DNA of 64,000 nt from Botryllus schlosseri (Eukaryota). Within the stretch, counting starts at the first letter, position 1. Every line of letters starts with the position of its first letter. Below, one piece after another: positions 24,674-37,211 of the stretch. The stretch covers positions 40,116,001 through 40,180,000 of the forward strand of contig CM119371.1 of assembly GCA_051294905.1 (NCBI GenBank). The letters are read 5' to 3'. Below the pieces are notes generated by a model. The model saw only the letters and a program-made list of their open reading frames with translations. It searched no databases and was not told the origin of the DNA. The position numbers and the translations under genes are program-made.

Positions 24674-26887
24674 ATAGAGAGCTGTGGTCACGAGCGTGAA
24701 AAATGTCATCATGTCAAGTCTTCTCAAGATATTCCATATGAGATTACCAATATGCAAATTTTAAAACAAATGATTGTGAAAATCCTGATCGTGAAGCAAT
24801 TAATGAGCTTACGTGTACTATTTCTGCTCGATGCCGGTCTTTGCGGTAGCCACTTAAACTTGTACTTGAATAGAAATTGAAGTCGTTACTTTAATTCCAT
24901 TTGATTTTTAACGAGGACTATTCTGAGCACTTTTAATCAACGACGAAACTTCGTGAACTTTATCCCAATATTATGACAGATTACGCGGACAAACATCTCT
25001 AAAGTGGTTACATCTTGAGCCATACTGACATTCTTAAAGTACGCTGCTCACTGACAAGACCGGTACAAATATTTGATCAACAACACGAATGGAGTATCGA
25101 GATTGACAGTGTTGAGTTTCCGTCATATGCCTCACGCAATATACGACGTATACGCGGAAAAAAGCGTCAATCTACCTTACGTAACAATCTTAATATTTTT
25201 CACAGCACGGAAAATAAAGACATTCTATGAGCTATATAATAGGTTCACCACACTTTCACCAAATCATAACAGTTAGTTTACCGAGATAGAAACCAGCTGA
25301 TTTTGAATTACTCTCTGCACATGTTGTGTTGACTAAAGAACGCAATCACTTTTGATAGACCCTCGAATTACCTGCTTTTTTACCTTACTTTGGTGCTGTT
25401 GACTTGAAAAATAAGATAAAAAGGTCGTCACTGATTCGAATCCCAAATGACTCTCACGAACGTCCACATTGCCTAACGTCCACAAGGATAGGCTTAATGA
25501 TTCAAGTAAAGATCTAATAATTTAAAAGTTTATTGACGAACGTGTTTAAGTGGATAATATTTATTTGCGAAAATGTCCTTTCAATTGGAATAATACAAAA
25601 TGTATTCCGATATCAATATTTAAAATGCATTTCTTCACCTGAATACTGCGTTAAGACGAACGGTATTGGTAATGGTCGAAGGAAGTCTGATAACTGATAA
25701 TGACGAAACGTGACTTATCTACGAAGGGGCTGTGTTCAACAATGCCCAAATTGCCCATGTTTTACACATATTAGTGTTACTTCGATTTTTCGGTGATTCA
25801 TTTTATTGAGTGACAAAATTCTAAAAAATTGGATGTAATTGAACTCTTTTTGTTGCAAGCCCATTTTACTCTATGTTTCATGCAGTCGTGAAACAATGAC
25901 ATAGTCGCGACCCTCGCCTCCAGTATATGATGTTATAATAGCGAGAGACGCTATCGATTCCTAGTTGTGCATATTCTGTTTATTTAATAGGTCGAAGAAT
26001 AAATTATTGGTATTGACGTGAATTTTGATGAGTTGATACTTTACATTGTGAAATTTGTAAATGGAAATCGAAGTTTTTTTCTTCTAATTTTGTGATGGCA
26101 CGAGCGCAATACCGGTACCCTATACAGCCCCCGTTCGAACGAATGCAACGTAATTGTCTAATAAATGGGACATCGACCTTCATTTCGTCATACTGAGTAG
26201 AGTGCAAACATATGCTGTGTTTCCAGACTGCACAGTTACGTTTGGTGTTTGCAAGATCGCGAGTGAAACGTGTTCAACCGCAAAGCAATTAATTTTGGAT
26301 TTGTTAGTCGCGTAAGCATTTGGTTTATGCCATTTCGAGACAGGTACCAACTTTACAGACGAATAGGTTTAAATTATTCTTGATTCTAACAGTTTATATC
26401 TCAATTTTCACAACAAAAAGTGCGTGAGAAAAAACCAGAATTTAATTATGAATGTCCCTTCGTAAATTATTTGTGTGGTTCGGAGTCATTTCAGGATTGG
26501 GTATGAAAGGCAAGCAGACACACTGACGAAATATGTGGATTACATAAGTAGTCGCCACGCGGATCGGATATTTGGTAGCATTTTACACCCAGATCTTAAA
26601 CCATAGATATATCGCGAACGTTCGCCTTTTGTATGCCAACCCCCAAATCAACCATAGTAGGCTTCCACACTAAAAGAAGAGTCTGAATTTTCGGAATATA
26701 CTTTAATCTTAACAATCGAAATGATTGAATTTTAAAATCCTATCACTCGCTGTATCACGGTGACATCAATGTCGTGGTGCTGCATTTGCATATGAATGAC
26801 TAATCGAGAAAGTTTGTGTAGTTTACGAAGACGTATATTTATACCGTGGCTTTGACGATTTTCACTCTATTTAAATGGTGCATGCGA

Positions 26888-27203
26888 CGGTCCGTGGACA
26901 TATGAGCATGAGCATGCGACATTACAGCATGTGAAACCTCGGCATGCAACAATTTGGCATGCGACACATGAGCATGTGGGTTTAATTACGGGTTAGGGGT
27001 AGGTTAGGGTTGGATTTATGGTTGGGTTGGGTTAGGGTTAGGCTTTAGGTTAGGTTAGGCTAGGTCAGGTTAGGTTAGGCTATGTTTCGGGTTAGGGTAA
27101 GTTTTTGGGTTATACAGTCACATGCTGAAGTGACGCATGCTGATGTGTTCCATGCTGAACTGTCGTTTTCCATTGTGTCGCATGCTCATATGTCGGGCAA
27201 CCG
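26888..27203. mobile_element. MITE with CGGT termini, GCATG iterons and a central (GGTTA/GGGTTA)n tract
   Basis: TIR cggt.....gacatatgagcatg; 7-bp TSD catgcga/cacgcga; empty site in copy B at ~54089-54095. Confidence 0.9.
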
Positions 27204-27321
27204 CACGCGACACCGGGAAATATATCACATGTGGCTGTACTGTTAGGCTTTTCAACAATAACTTTTTTTCCGGATTCCAGGGATTCGCCGATCAAATTGT
27301 TGGTTGGCCTAAAAAAGATGC

Positions 27322-27764
27322 ACAACAAATTTGGCTCAATTTCAACCAGCCGACGCCGCGTCAGAACCAAATGAAAATTTTGAATTTATTGATTTTGTTT
27401 TTAATTTGACTATCAACCCAATGTAATTGTTAAGTTGTATACAAAACGAAGCGAAAGAAATTTGACGCAATTCCTACCCGTAGAAGCGAAGGTATTGTAT
27501 AGTTCTCATCAATAATTCAGGGATTTCCCACCACCGTTGCTACTTTTCCGAATACAAAACTTTCAACTGCAGAAACTTCGCTTATACCGGTTGGAAGTGA
27601 CCAAAAATGATTTTTCTAGTTATACATCGTTCTCTTTTGCAGCGGAAAAAAATTCATGGGGTTGACAGTTAAATTTGAACAAAAAAATTAATAATTTTAA
27701 AACTTTAAATTGGCTCTGCCGCGGCATCGCATTCGGCTGGTTGGAATGGAGTCAAATTTGGTGT
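27322..27764. mobile_element. Old MITE with ~100-bp imperfect TIRs; paralogous copy at ~54213-54636
   Basis: acaacaaatttggctcaatttcaaccagccga...tcaacccaatg vs catgggggttgac...tcggctggttggaatggagtcaaatttggtgt. Confidence 0.8.
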
Positions 27765-28092
27765 AAAACCGTTATCATGCATTTAATTTTGAACTGCACA
27801 GTGTACGACATGCACCTAACTAATGCCAAACAGATTATCGTTCATAATGCGCATTCCGATATATATTTGAATTTCATTCGATAAAGTGGGAAGGGAATAG
27901 TAGTTTCGGCGATAAAGTTGACGTACGCAACTGAGAGATCCCATGTGAATATTACCTAATATTATACGGAATTTCAGTACAAGTTGGTAAAATATGACTT
28001 CTTCAATGGAACAGCCGAGGTTCGTGGTGATCTAAAGTCTCTAAAATACCAAGGGCTGAGGTAAAAGTGTTCGCTTACTGATCCGTATAATT

Positions 28093-29122
28093 TAGTGTTG
28101 CCATATTTTTGTTTCACAAATTCTGGACGCTCTTCAGCGCCCACTAGCGAATTTCAAAAAGAGGTGTTAGCACATTGTCGATCAATATGACGTCACACCA
28201 GCAACGCTTTGTCTATCGACTAGAGGCGGTCACGATCCGATTCAGGAGTATGTGGTTGCGTATTGTAAGTTGTAAACTGGGCCGAAGACCCTGAATTGTG
28301 TCAATAATATTGGTTCTTCCATATATTACTATATAATTTTGATCCTCTCTCCGCCCACATGATCAGAGTTAGCGGTAGAGCTGGTGGGGATGATGGCTTC
28401 GAAAATGCAAGGAGCGTAATTGTACATCGTTAAGTCATGTTCATGTCACGCCGATAAGAGAACTTATCAGCCGAATTCCGGTGCGCAATGCACCACTGAG
28501 CTATATAAACACCGCACATCCAGTCGTTTCCAACCTGTTATCGTCGCGACTCAATTTCTAATTTGAAAATGTGCTGTGGCCTAGCTCAAAATTTTATAAG
28601 CTGGTTACTAATTAAAGGTCGGCACATTTTACCAGACTGACTCACTTACTCACGGCCTATTTTGGAAGCTAATTACGTTCAACGTTTTCGCGAACCCCAG
28701 AATAAAGGCAAACTACCCACAGGTTTAGAACCACCATCGTTGAATAAAGCATCCAAACGGCCTGCCCTAAACCGACTCTATGAATATACCGTTATCTTGT
28801 AATTGCGATTACAGTCAGACTTCTTTTTTTAAATAAATGTTATTCAATATTTATTTTTGATCGCCGTTTTTGCAAGGGGGGTAGTCCCCGAATTGAAACC
28901 AATACTTGTACTTAATCGCGCGCAGCGTGAAGAAAAATTTCATGTAGTATAAATCTGCCCAAAAATAATCTTGTTTATGTTGATTTACGAAAAAATTATT
29001 AGCTTACTTCAAGCATTCAAAATTCCGGCCATTTATGCATATTTTAGAAATTCCTCCCGTACGCAGTTTTTACAGTGAAATTCCGGACATGTCCGGGAAA
29101 ATCCGGACGTATGGCACCCCTA
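28093..29122. mobile_element. hAT element (TAGGGTTGCCA family) with a probable nested Charlie-like MITE at ~28521-28736
   Basis: TIR tagtgttgccata / tatggcaccccta; perfect TSD GTATAATT; empty site in copy B at ~54965. Confidence 0.93.
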
Positions 29123-31359
29123 GTATAATTCTAAAAGTCTATTTCCGAAACTTGAGACTTCCTCTCGATTGGGATCGTACACACATATCTGTTTACCTCG
29201 AACCGACACATTTAGAAAGGTAACTTTGATCACGAATAAAAAAACTAATGAGTCTGTTTACAGCCATAAAGGTATTACGAATCACTCGATGTTCCAGTAA
29301 TTTCGAATAAAACTGTTGATCCAGTCATCAACAATGTAAAAAGTCGTATAGCATGATATCCTAGAGAGGCACATTTATTGCTGTTTGCCAACGATCAGCC
29401 CGTACAAGGTGTACATATTACGAACGAGGAAGTGTGGTACATATTTGAACCGACCGCATCATCCATACTATTCGAGACTGGCCTTTCGCATATGATTCTG
29501 TTTAATATATTATATACATATATAATGTTCATTTGGTCACCAGGGTTGATAGTATTTTAGATAAAACACAATGATATGGTGACGATTGCCTGTTGAAAAC
29601 CTACACGTCTGGACGATCGATATTGTGGTGTTGAAGTTCGTTGCGCACTTTTGCGCACAGCGAAACCCAGCAACTTTCCGTTTGGGCACCATTTAGCTGA
29701 GCCGACTCTAAGCCTATCTCTATGTTTCACTCTAACCACCTTTCATTGAGATGAGTCGAGTATAGACATCCTACATGGAGACCGAGCCCTCTCCGTGTTT
29801 TTAACTTGTTAGCGTTTATTAAAAAGGGTTGTTCAACCTCGTCAAACTCTAGTGATTATGCCCATGTAAGATCCCAGCTCAATCACAGAATGGTAGCGTA
29901 TGAAGTTGTGAGTAAAAATATATTACAAGCATTGCGACATGGACGTGTATTTCGCATATATTTCATGCAATACTGCTCGTAAAACCTCTCCTGAACGATT
30001 ACAACCACAGGAGGAAGAAGGAAATCTGATATCCAGCCCGCTGTGACTCATCTTCTCATTGGCAATGCACCTTCACTACTTTAGGTACCGTGTTTGCTGA
30101 TAAGTAGGCTACTGTCACCCAGAAAACGCATAACTTAACGTAGGCTCCTCAAATGCGAAGTAATATTAGGTTGTTCACCCAATCAACAGTTTCTCAATAT
30201 GATGGTCGAGTACTTAATCGGCAGACTTTTATATCGGTTGTTCACCAACTGGTATTTATTATCTAGCAAACATTTCCAACTATAATGAGAATACGAGAAC
30301 GACCAAGCGATTTTTTGTTGCCGGTAATTCCGATCAAAAAGAAATGAAGCGTCCCTGAACAACTAGTCATTTTGCTTAGTTTTGTTATACTTTGCAAAAT
30401 CTCATGAATTACACAAATTCTTGAAAAATGTGTAACAATATTTCTCTCAGAGCTGTAATTCCATTTGGAGTCTTGAGTGTTGACAAAATTTTTACTATAC
30501 TTTGCGAATGCTGTGGTCGGTTTGTCATCTTAACGTCGACATAAAAGTAAGTGACATGATATTTAGGCGGATCATCTCATTTAAGTAACAATTATATTCA
30601 AAGACTTTATTTTCGGGGCCTATGCCTAGCTATTTGTCACTCAAGTATTGGTAATTATGCTATATATATTCCCATAAAATCGACCAAAAAATTCTATAGG
30701 AGACCTCATTCAGGGCCGACAAACATAGCCCGCGTTTTCAGGAAATGATCACTAATAGCCTGGCATGGCAGGATGGCGCGTAGCTTATATATCAAAGCAG
30801 TAAACTAATTTTTTTTATGTTTCTACGTGACACTAAGCAGGTATCGTGAAAAATACTTAACAATGTAGCATAGTGTACTTCGGTTGCACCCCACACAATC
30901 ACATTGCGACAACTGCGTGGGTCGCCATGATATTTGCTCGTACCAATTCACATAATTTACATTCTCGTGGGTAAGTTGCTCGATTTATGTCTAGTACACC
31001 CTGTCCAAACAAATGCCTCATACCGAGCACATCGAATTTTAGTGCTCATAAATATTACGCTGTCAACAAATCGTCTGTTTGCAAACTTTGCAGTGACATG
31101 TGATGTTTGCGACATCCAACGATATGTATCTCCGCACGACATAGGTAATATTCACTAGCAAATACCATTGGAATTTACTATTCCTGTAAGCGGGTGGTTA
31201 ATACCATTTCGTGACAGGCACTAACGGTGCAGTAGAAAACGTACAAACAATTCTTGAATATGACTGATCATAGCTCACTTTTCACAACATACAACACGCA
31301 AGATGAACAGCGATTTAAACCTTAAACCTCATCTCTAAAACCACTTTTAGGGTGAGGAC

Positions 31360-32110
31360 TAGGGTTGGTACGAAACTGCGAACCCCTAAAAGGTTCTTGT
31401 TCGTGCAAATGCGAGCCTTTTTGTAAGGTTCTGTGTGAATGCTAACGCGAACCTATGACCTCACGTGACGTCATAATGATAATTCCAACCCTACATTTTA
31501 GTAAAGTGATATATTAATGTTCATTGGACACGATACCTAGCGACGAATCAGGCTATATTATGCCACAATGCTGAAGTAAATGCTGACTTTAAACGTCATG
31601 AAATGTATCACTTGCAGCGATCAAATGCTAAAATAATCCCTTAAAATCAATATCTTCCGTCGCTTTGCCAACAATTTCAACGAGAACTTGTAAAGTTAGA
31701 TAAGCTCACTTGTCAACGGTCTAGACCTGACCTGAAAATGCATTCGGCACTGACAATTGCTACATGGATATTGAGCAGAGTGTTCTATACTCACTACTGA
31801 GATCACCCCGTAAATAAGGTATAGAATAGCCGACACCCCAACTGCACGGATTTGGTTGTTATGATAAAATAAACATAATAAATCAAGATAGATCCTGTAT
31901 GCCTGCAAAATTTGTTTGCATTAAACAACAATGTATTCTTTATATCAATCTCATATAGTGGTTGAACAGGCATCATTCGCTGACTACCGAGATGTAATAT
32001 TGTAGGTTATTTCGTTCTTGATGTACCAGTTACCAATAGATTTTGGAACCCAAAGAGGGTTTTTGCACGTTTGTGTCTAGATGCGAACCTCGATCATTTA
32101 CAGATTCGTT
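31360..32110 (+). mobile_element. Diverged copy of the TAGGGATG/GTGAAC hAT MITE family
   Basis: Aligns with 3873-4025 plus 5995-6437 (gacgtcata..g.taatt.caacc; tcttccgtcg.tttgccaacaatttcaacgag). Confidence 0.75.
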
Positions 32111-32711
32111 TTAACAAAACAACCTGGGTAGCTACTACCCAACGAACATGTTGGTAATGACCCGAATTTTGGATCAAAATGTTACCAATTTCAAGTGCCT
32201 GTCACCGCAGCTACTTAGCGATGAAAACACGTTTGTGCTAAAGCGAATCGTAAACTCTTAAATCAGTAGCAGTTATACAGTATATACAGCGTCTTGAAAA
32301 GCCCAGAGAAAGAGAGAGCCGAACTCCCGAAAGATGGCATCAATAGACTAAGGGTGGAGGCCAAAAATATAGATCAAATAAAAGATCTGGCGATTTTGCA
32401 CGTTGCTGGATTTTCTGCGGACCAGAAAGGTAGATTAGTAAGATTCTGCCAGAACGGACTGAGTATAGACTGCTGCTTCTTGATCCTGGATTAAAGTCTG
32501 GATTAGGGTACACAAGCATTGCAATTTGGCGACGTTTGCAGTAGTTAGGACGATGTAGATTTGATTTGCTCATAGATTCGTTGTAAAGACAGTGTTGATA
32601 GCATGTTGGCGACATGACGTTACCGGTACTCAATTGTGCTTCACTTTATTGACTGATTATCGTGTTATTACAGGTTTTATAGATTGTGTCTTCCATAATT
32701 ACATCAAAACT

Positions 32712-35378
32712 ATGGCAGAAAAGAAGTTTAATCGTACTGTGAACTTCACTCCATCCGAAAAAACTCTTTTAGCCCATTTGATCAATGAAATACCAGCTAT
32801 TGAATGCAAGAAAACGGACAAAACATCAGTTGCCAAAAAAAACATCGGTTGGCAGCAATTGACCAAGCAATTCAATGCTAGCTCATCAAACATGGCACGT
32901 TCAGAGCAACAATTGAGGGTTGCTTGGAAAAACATGAAAAAAAGTGCCAAAGCTGAAAATGCTAGAAGACGTGTTGAACATTTTAAAACCGGAGGGGGTA
33001 CTGCGGATATAATATCTGACCCATTGAATGTATTGGTTGAAGGTAATCTTGCCAATATTTATTATTTCAATAATATGGCGCTTTTCAGTAACTTATTGTT
33101 TTGCAGCTGTAATACCAGCACAAATACAGCCACTCGAGCATAATTTCGACAGTGATTCCACCATACTGACTGTGGTTCCTACAGAACAGCAATCATGTAA
33201 GTTTTAACCTGAGAAAGTAATGAGTAACTTGTTCGACACATGAACTATATCAAGAAGGTTTCCCTATGATGTGTAATGGGTTGGTCATCAGGCTGTGTTA
33301 TTTTTGGCATATGCCAGAAACACCAATAACAGCTTATTTCTGGCACTTTTCAGATTTTATTTTTGGCAATTTTGGCATCGCCATGAATTCATATTTATAT
33401 AATCGAATTAGCCATGCAAATTGCTTCAGTTTGGTCTTTCTTATAAAAAGGAAGTCACAAAGCATGCAGTATCCACACTCCGCCATCAAACAGCAAGATT
33501 TAAATCCGAATTGAAAACGATGTTGGAGACCAAATTTTTCCGATACAAAACCGAGTGCTTCAGCAATATTTATTCTCAATAGTCGATTCACTATGCGTAT
33601 GACATTACCGGCATTGACATAGTTCACAATACTCACATTAACAAATAAAAAATGTTCAACTAGCAGCCGTCAATACCCAACCAATGATTAGAAATTATGA
33701 GGAAATTTAATAATCAATATAATATGAAAAATCATCCATCCAGCAATGCAAAAATAGGAAATGACGGCATGTGGTGCGTATAGCTCTGGAGGCCTTTTTC
33801 ACAGACAGTGTTATTTTTTGCATATGCTATTTTTATCATTTTGAAATTTTTATTTTTGACAGTTTTGGCATTTAGTTCCCGAAATGCCAAAAGTAACACG
33901 GCCTAGTCATATTTAAGCCTTCTAGAAGTGGTGCATGTATCGAAGAAGTACCAATTAACGACCAATTTTTCATATATTTTCTCTATTTCACTGGGAACCG
34001 ATTCACCGTTATGTCAATAACTGAATTTATGCACTTGGTAGTATCAGTTGCGGTATACAAAATCGATTCGAATATGACAAAGGATTATAATATTGATTTG
34101 AAATTTGGCAACAAAGTGCTACAGTGGTAAAGTTAGGCATGTATATATCTGTAGATGTATTTCGATCATATGAGTATCCATACTTTTTTGTACATATTTC
34201 TTTAATAGTCAAAGACTATAATCATAATATTATATTTTTGCAGTCTTACCATCATCTCCTCTGCAAGATACAGGTAAGCTCATATTTTATAATTGACAAA
34301 ACATTGAATTTCGAATTGGAATCTTTGTAACTGTGTTACAGGAGAACCTTCTACGTGTATTCAAGAGTCGCAAGGTATAATTTTAAGAGAGTGAATATTT
34401 TAGATTATTTGACAGCTATACTCAACGTCATAAACTACCTGGACTCTACCACAACATAGTTCATTATTTTACTAGAGTTGCGGCAATATTGGTCGCCATC
34501 TCGACTTTACTTACATATTTCTGCAATTAAATATAACATAATATGAAGCTCTTGCCGACATTAATGCCAATCAAGTAGAAAATATGTCGGCATTGTCTAT
34601 TGGCGACATTGACAAAATAGATACACCCTGTGTAGACAATGGATTCTAGATACTCAAATCTTTCCAAAATATGCAACACATTTTTTAAGAAGACATCCAC
34701 GTGGAATCACAGTCAACATGCGCCACCCAGGCCAATGATGCACCATCTGGTATGTGACTCGTATTCATTGGGATTTCAAATTGAGTCGCTATTTTAAAAG
34801 TTATATCCTTGCAGTTTCTACCAGAGAGTCGAACTTTCATCACCCTACCACAAGCATCGATGATTCGTCAGGTAAACAATTCCTGCTTTTGTAGTGTTCT
34901 TCTAGTGAATTAAGCAAGTTGTAAGGTGAAAAAATGCCATGAAGATTGTCGATGACGACTAGAATGCACCTAGTTATAATGACTAGAGACTGACCGATTA
35001 TTGGTTCATCGCTCAAATCGAATCAATGCCACACTTTGAAACAGATATTGATATCAGCCATTAGAGGAAAGACAGATCAGCCAACAAGGCAAGGAGAATT
35101 TCCAAATGATTTTTTTTGTGATTGGCTTCCTAATACAAGTTTAATTTGAGTTGATATGAACTTCTTTCAATTCAGAAAAAAAATCCAAACCTCGTAAAAG
35201 AAGCTGCGATGAGCTGAGAAGTAAACTGATGGAGTCCAAGATTGAGGAGCTCAAAGAAAGAAAAGGCATGAGAGACGAAGAAAGATATTTCAGAAAGCAA
35301 GAATTCGAAATGCATATGGAGGAGCATGCGATGAAAATGGAGAAATATAGATTAGAACTTGAAAAATTGAGGGATTAG
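32712..35378 (+). CDS. Harbinger-associated Myb/SANT-like DNA-binding protein, predicted 7 exons, 267 aa
   Basis: Exons 32712-33042, 33107-33196, 34244-34273, 34342-34374, 34690-34749, 34815-34871, 35176-35378; all introns GT-AG; 804 nt open. Motifs RTVNFTPSEKTLL..IECKKTD..KNIGWQQLTKQFNA..QLRVAWKNMKK..KTGGG, PLEHNFDSD, and a C-terminal E/K/R-rich coiled-coil-like tail. Internal micro-exons are less certain than the terminal exons. Confidence 0.85.
33289..33905. mobile_element. MITE inside intron 2 of the Myb/SANT gene
   Basis: caggctgtgttatttttggca / tgccaaaagtaacacggccta imperfect TIR; TTTGGCA iterons; gtcat on both flanks. Confidence 0.7.
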
Positions 35379-35382
35379 TGAC

Positions 35383-35725
35383 ATCTGTAATGCAATATTT
35401 CTTTGTTAAAGTGTTTCATTGTGCTTTCCTGTCAAGTTTTGTAAATAGCCGAATACGCATTTTCTGAAATACAACATTTCTTTAAAATATTTCATTGTGC
35501 CTGCCAGCCAAGTGTTCCTCGCCTTATAGGTATCATCGACAGTGTGTATTTTCTGTAATGCAACATTTCTTTATAATATTTCATTGTGCCTGCCTGCCAA
35601 GTGTCCCTCGCCTTATAGGCATCATAGACGGTGCGCATTTTCTGAAATGCAACATTGCTTTGTAATTATTTCATTGTGCCTGCCTGCCAAGTCTTCCTCG
35701 CCTTATAGGTGTTATCGACGGTGCA
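35383..35725. repeat. About four tandem ~88-bp repeats between the two convergent stop codons
   Basis: tctg(t/a)aatgcaacatt...tttcattgtgcctgcctgccaagt...cctcgccttataggc/t units. Confidence 0.9.
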
Positions 35726-35807
35726 ATCATTTCGTTCTCTTTATTGTTTTTACACCACCAAGGTTTACTGCACATGTTCGTTCAAATTTTCAAAATAAAC
35801 ATGATTA

Positions 35808-36831
35808 TTAGAAATATGTGTTGATCATATTTTCACGGTAGGCTATTGCGTCAGTGGATCCAACTTCCAATGTTATATCCGTAGCTTCCTCGGGAGTAAC
35901 TGCAATATCAGGAACTGGCTGATTGGTTTTTGTGGCCAAATTGTGCAAGCATACTGTCGCAATGATTGCTGGGATGGTGTTTTCGATTTGCATTCGCATA
36001 GGATTTAGCAACATCTGGAAACGCTGTTTGAGAACGCCAAAGCATTGCTCGATCAGCACGCGGGTCTTTGAGTGCATATAGTTGTATTTTTTTTTCTTTC
36101 GCTGTCTGTGGATTGGTTAATGGAGTCATCAGGTATATTTTTAGAGCATAGCCTCTGTCTCCCAGCAAAATCCCATTGTATTTTTTCTGGTCGAGCTCGT
36201 ATTTTAATCTGGAGTTAGAAAAAATTCTTGAGTCATGAGTACTCCCTGGCCATCGCACAACAGCATTAGTCACTATTCTCTTGGCATTGCAGACCATTTG
36301 ACAGTTCAAAGAAAAATATCCTTTCCTGCAACGATAAACTTCTGGTGCAGAGCCACCCGGGGACTTTATTGGGATATGGGTACCATCAATGCAACCAATG
36401 ACATTTGGAACTCCACCTATGTCAAAGAAATCACTCTTTGTTTGTAACGAATCATCCAATGGTGGGATAAATTTTTCTCTATTCTCTGATAGTGCCCGAG
36501 AAATGCAGTGGATGCTTCGGCGTGCGGTTGTCCGGCTTACACCAATCAAGTCAGCATCTGTTTGTTGAAAATGACCCGTAGCAAAAAATCGGAGAGCACA
36601 GATTAATTGCATCATGGGGTGCAGAGCGTGGCACCGTACATCCAACCGTGGGCTGTCTTTAATCATGTCCAATAGAATTAACGTAGCTCCCTTGGAAAAT
36701 CTGTAGCGGTCAACGAATTCATTTTCTGAGTATTTTACAAATGGGTCCGATATGTCTGCCAAGTAATGCCTGGGCACAACAATTGCATTCTCGTCGTCCG
36801 AACTGTCGTCTACGATGTCCAAAATATCCAT
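35808..36831 (-). pseudogene. Harbinger DDE transposase (HARBI1-like family), 340 aa if a single +1 frameshift is corrected
   Basis: ALRFFATG, GCIDGTHI, RKGYFSLNCQMVC, RWPGSTHDSRIF, LLGDRGY, TRVLIEQCFGVLKQRF; one extra base in the T9 run at 36087-36095 splits ORFs 35908-36867 and 35808-36077. Confidence 0.95.
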
Positions 36832-37211
36832 ACTACAGACAGTAATAACAACAGTACCAGTTTGCAATGCCGTCCTTAGAACTTATAACTGTGAATTAGC
36901 TACAGAGTAATATGCAGTAAAGCTGCAAAGTAGCATAAAATCAATTGCAGAAGTCTACCTAGGAAACGACGTCATTCATAGCACATGATCAAAGCCGACG
37001 CCATTTCCAACCAGCATTGCCGAAGCAATATTTACTACGAAGTCGATGGGTTGACATGGCAACCTTCCACGGATCACTACATTTTGCGTCATTTTGACGC
37101 AATAGCGTCCTACATCCAGGATTTGTAGATCTACTAACTTCGCACGAACATCCAATGTTTTGGCGTGCGGATCATCTACTTCTAAATCGAGAGATCTTGG
37201 AACTCGCAGAT

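Noticed and set aside
26990..27100. Telomere or chromosome-fusion scar
   Set aside because: Degenerate tract inside a MITE with TIRs, a TSD and an empty paralogous site.
32699..33055. Minus-strand ORF here, and ORFs 62757-63032 and 63029-63343
   Set aside because: Antisense shadows of the Myb/SANT exon and of gag.
35808..36867. Domesticated host HARBI1 gene
   Set aside because: Lies inside intact TIRs with a TAA TSD together with its Myb partner; it is a transposon copy.
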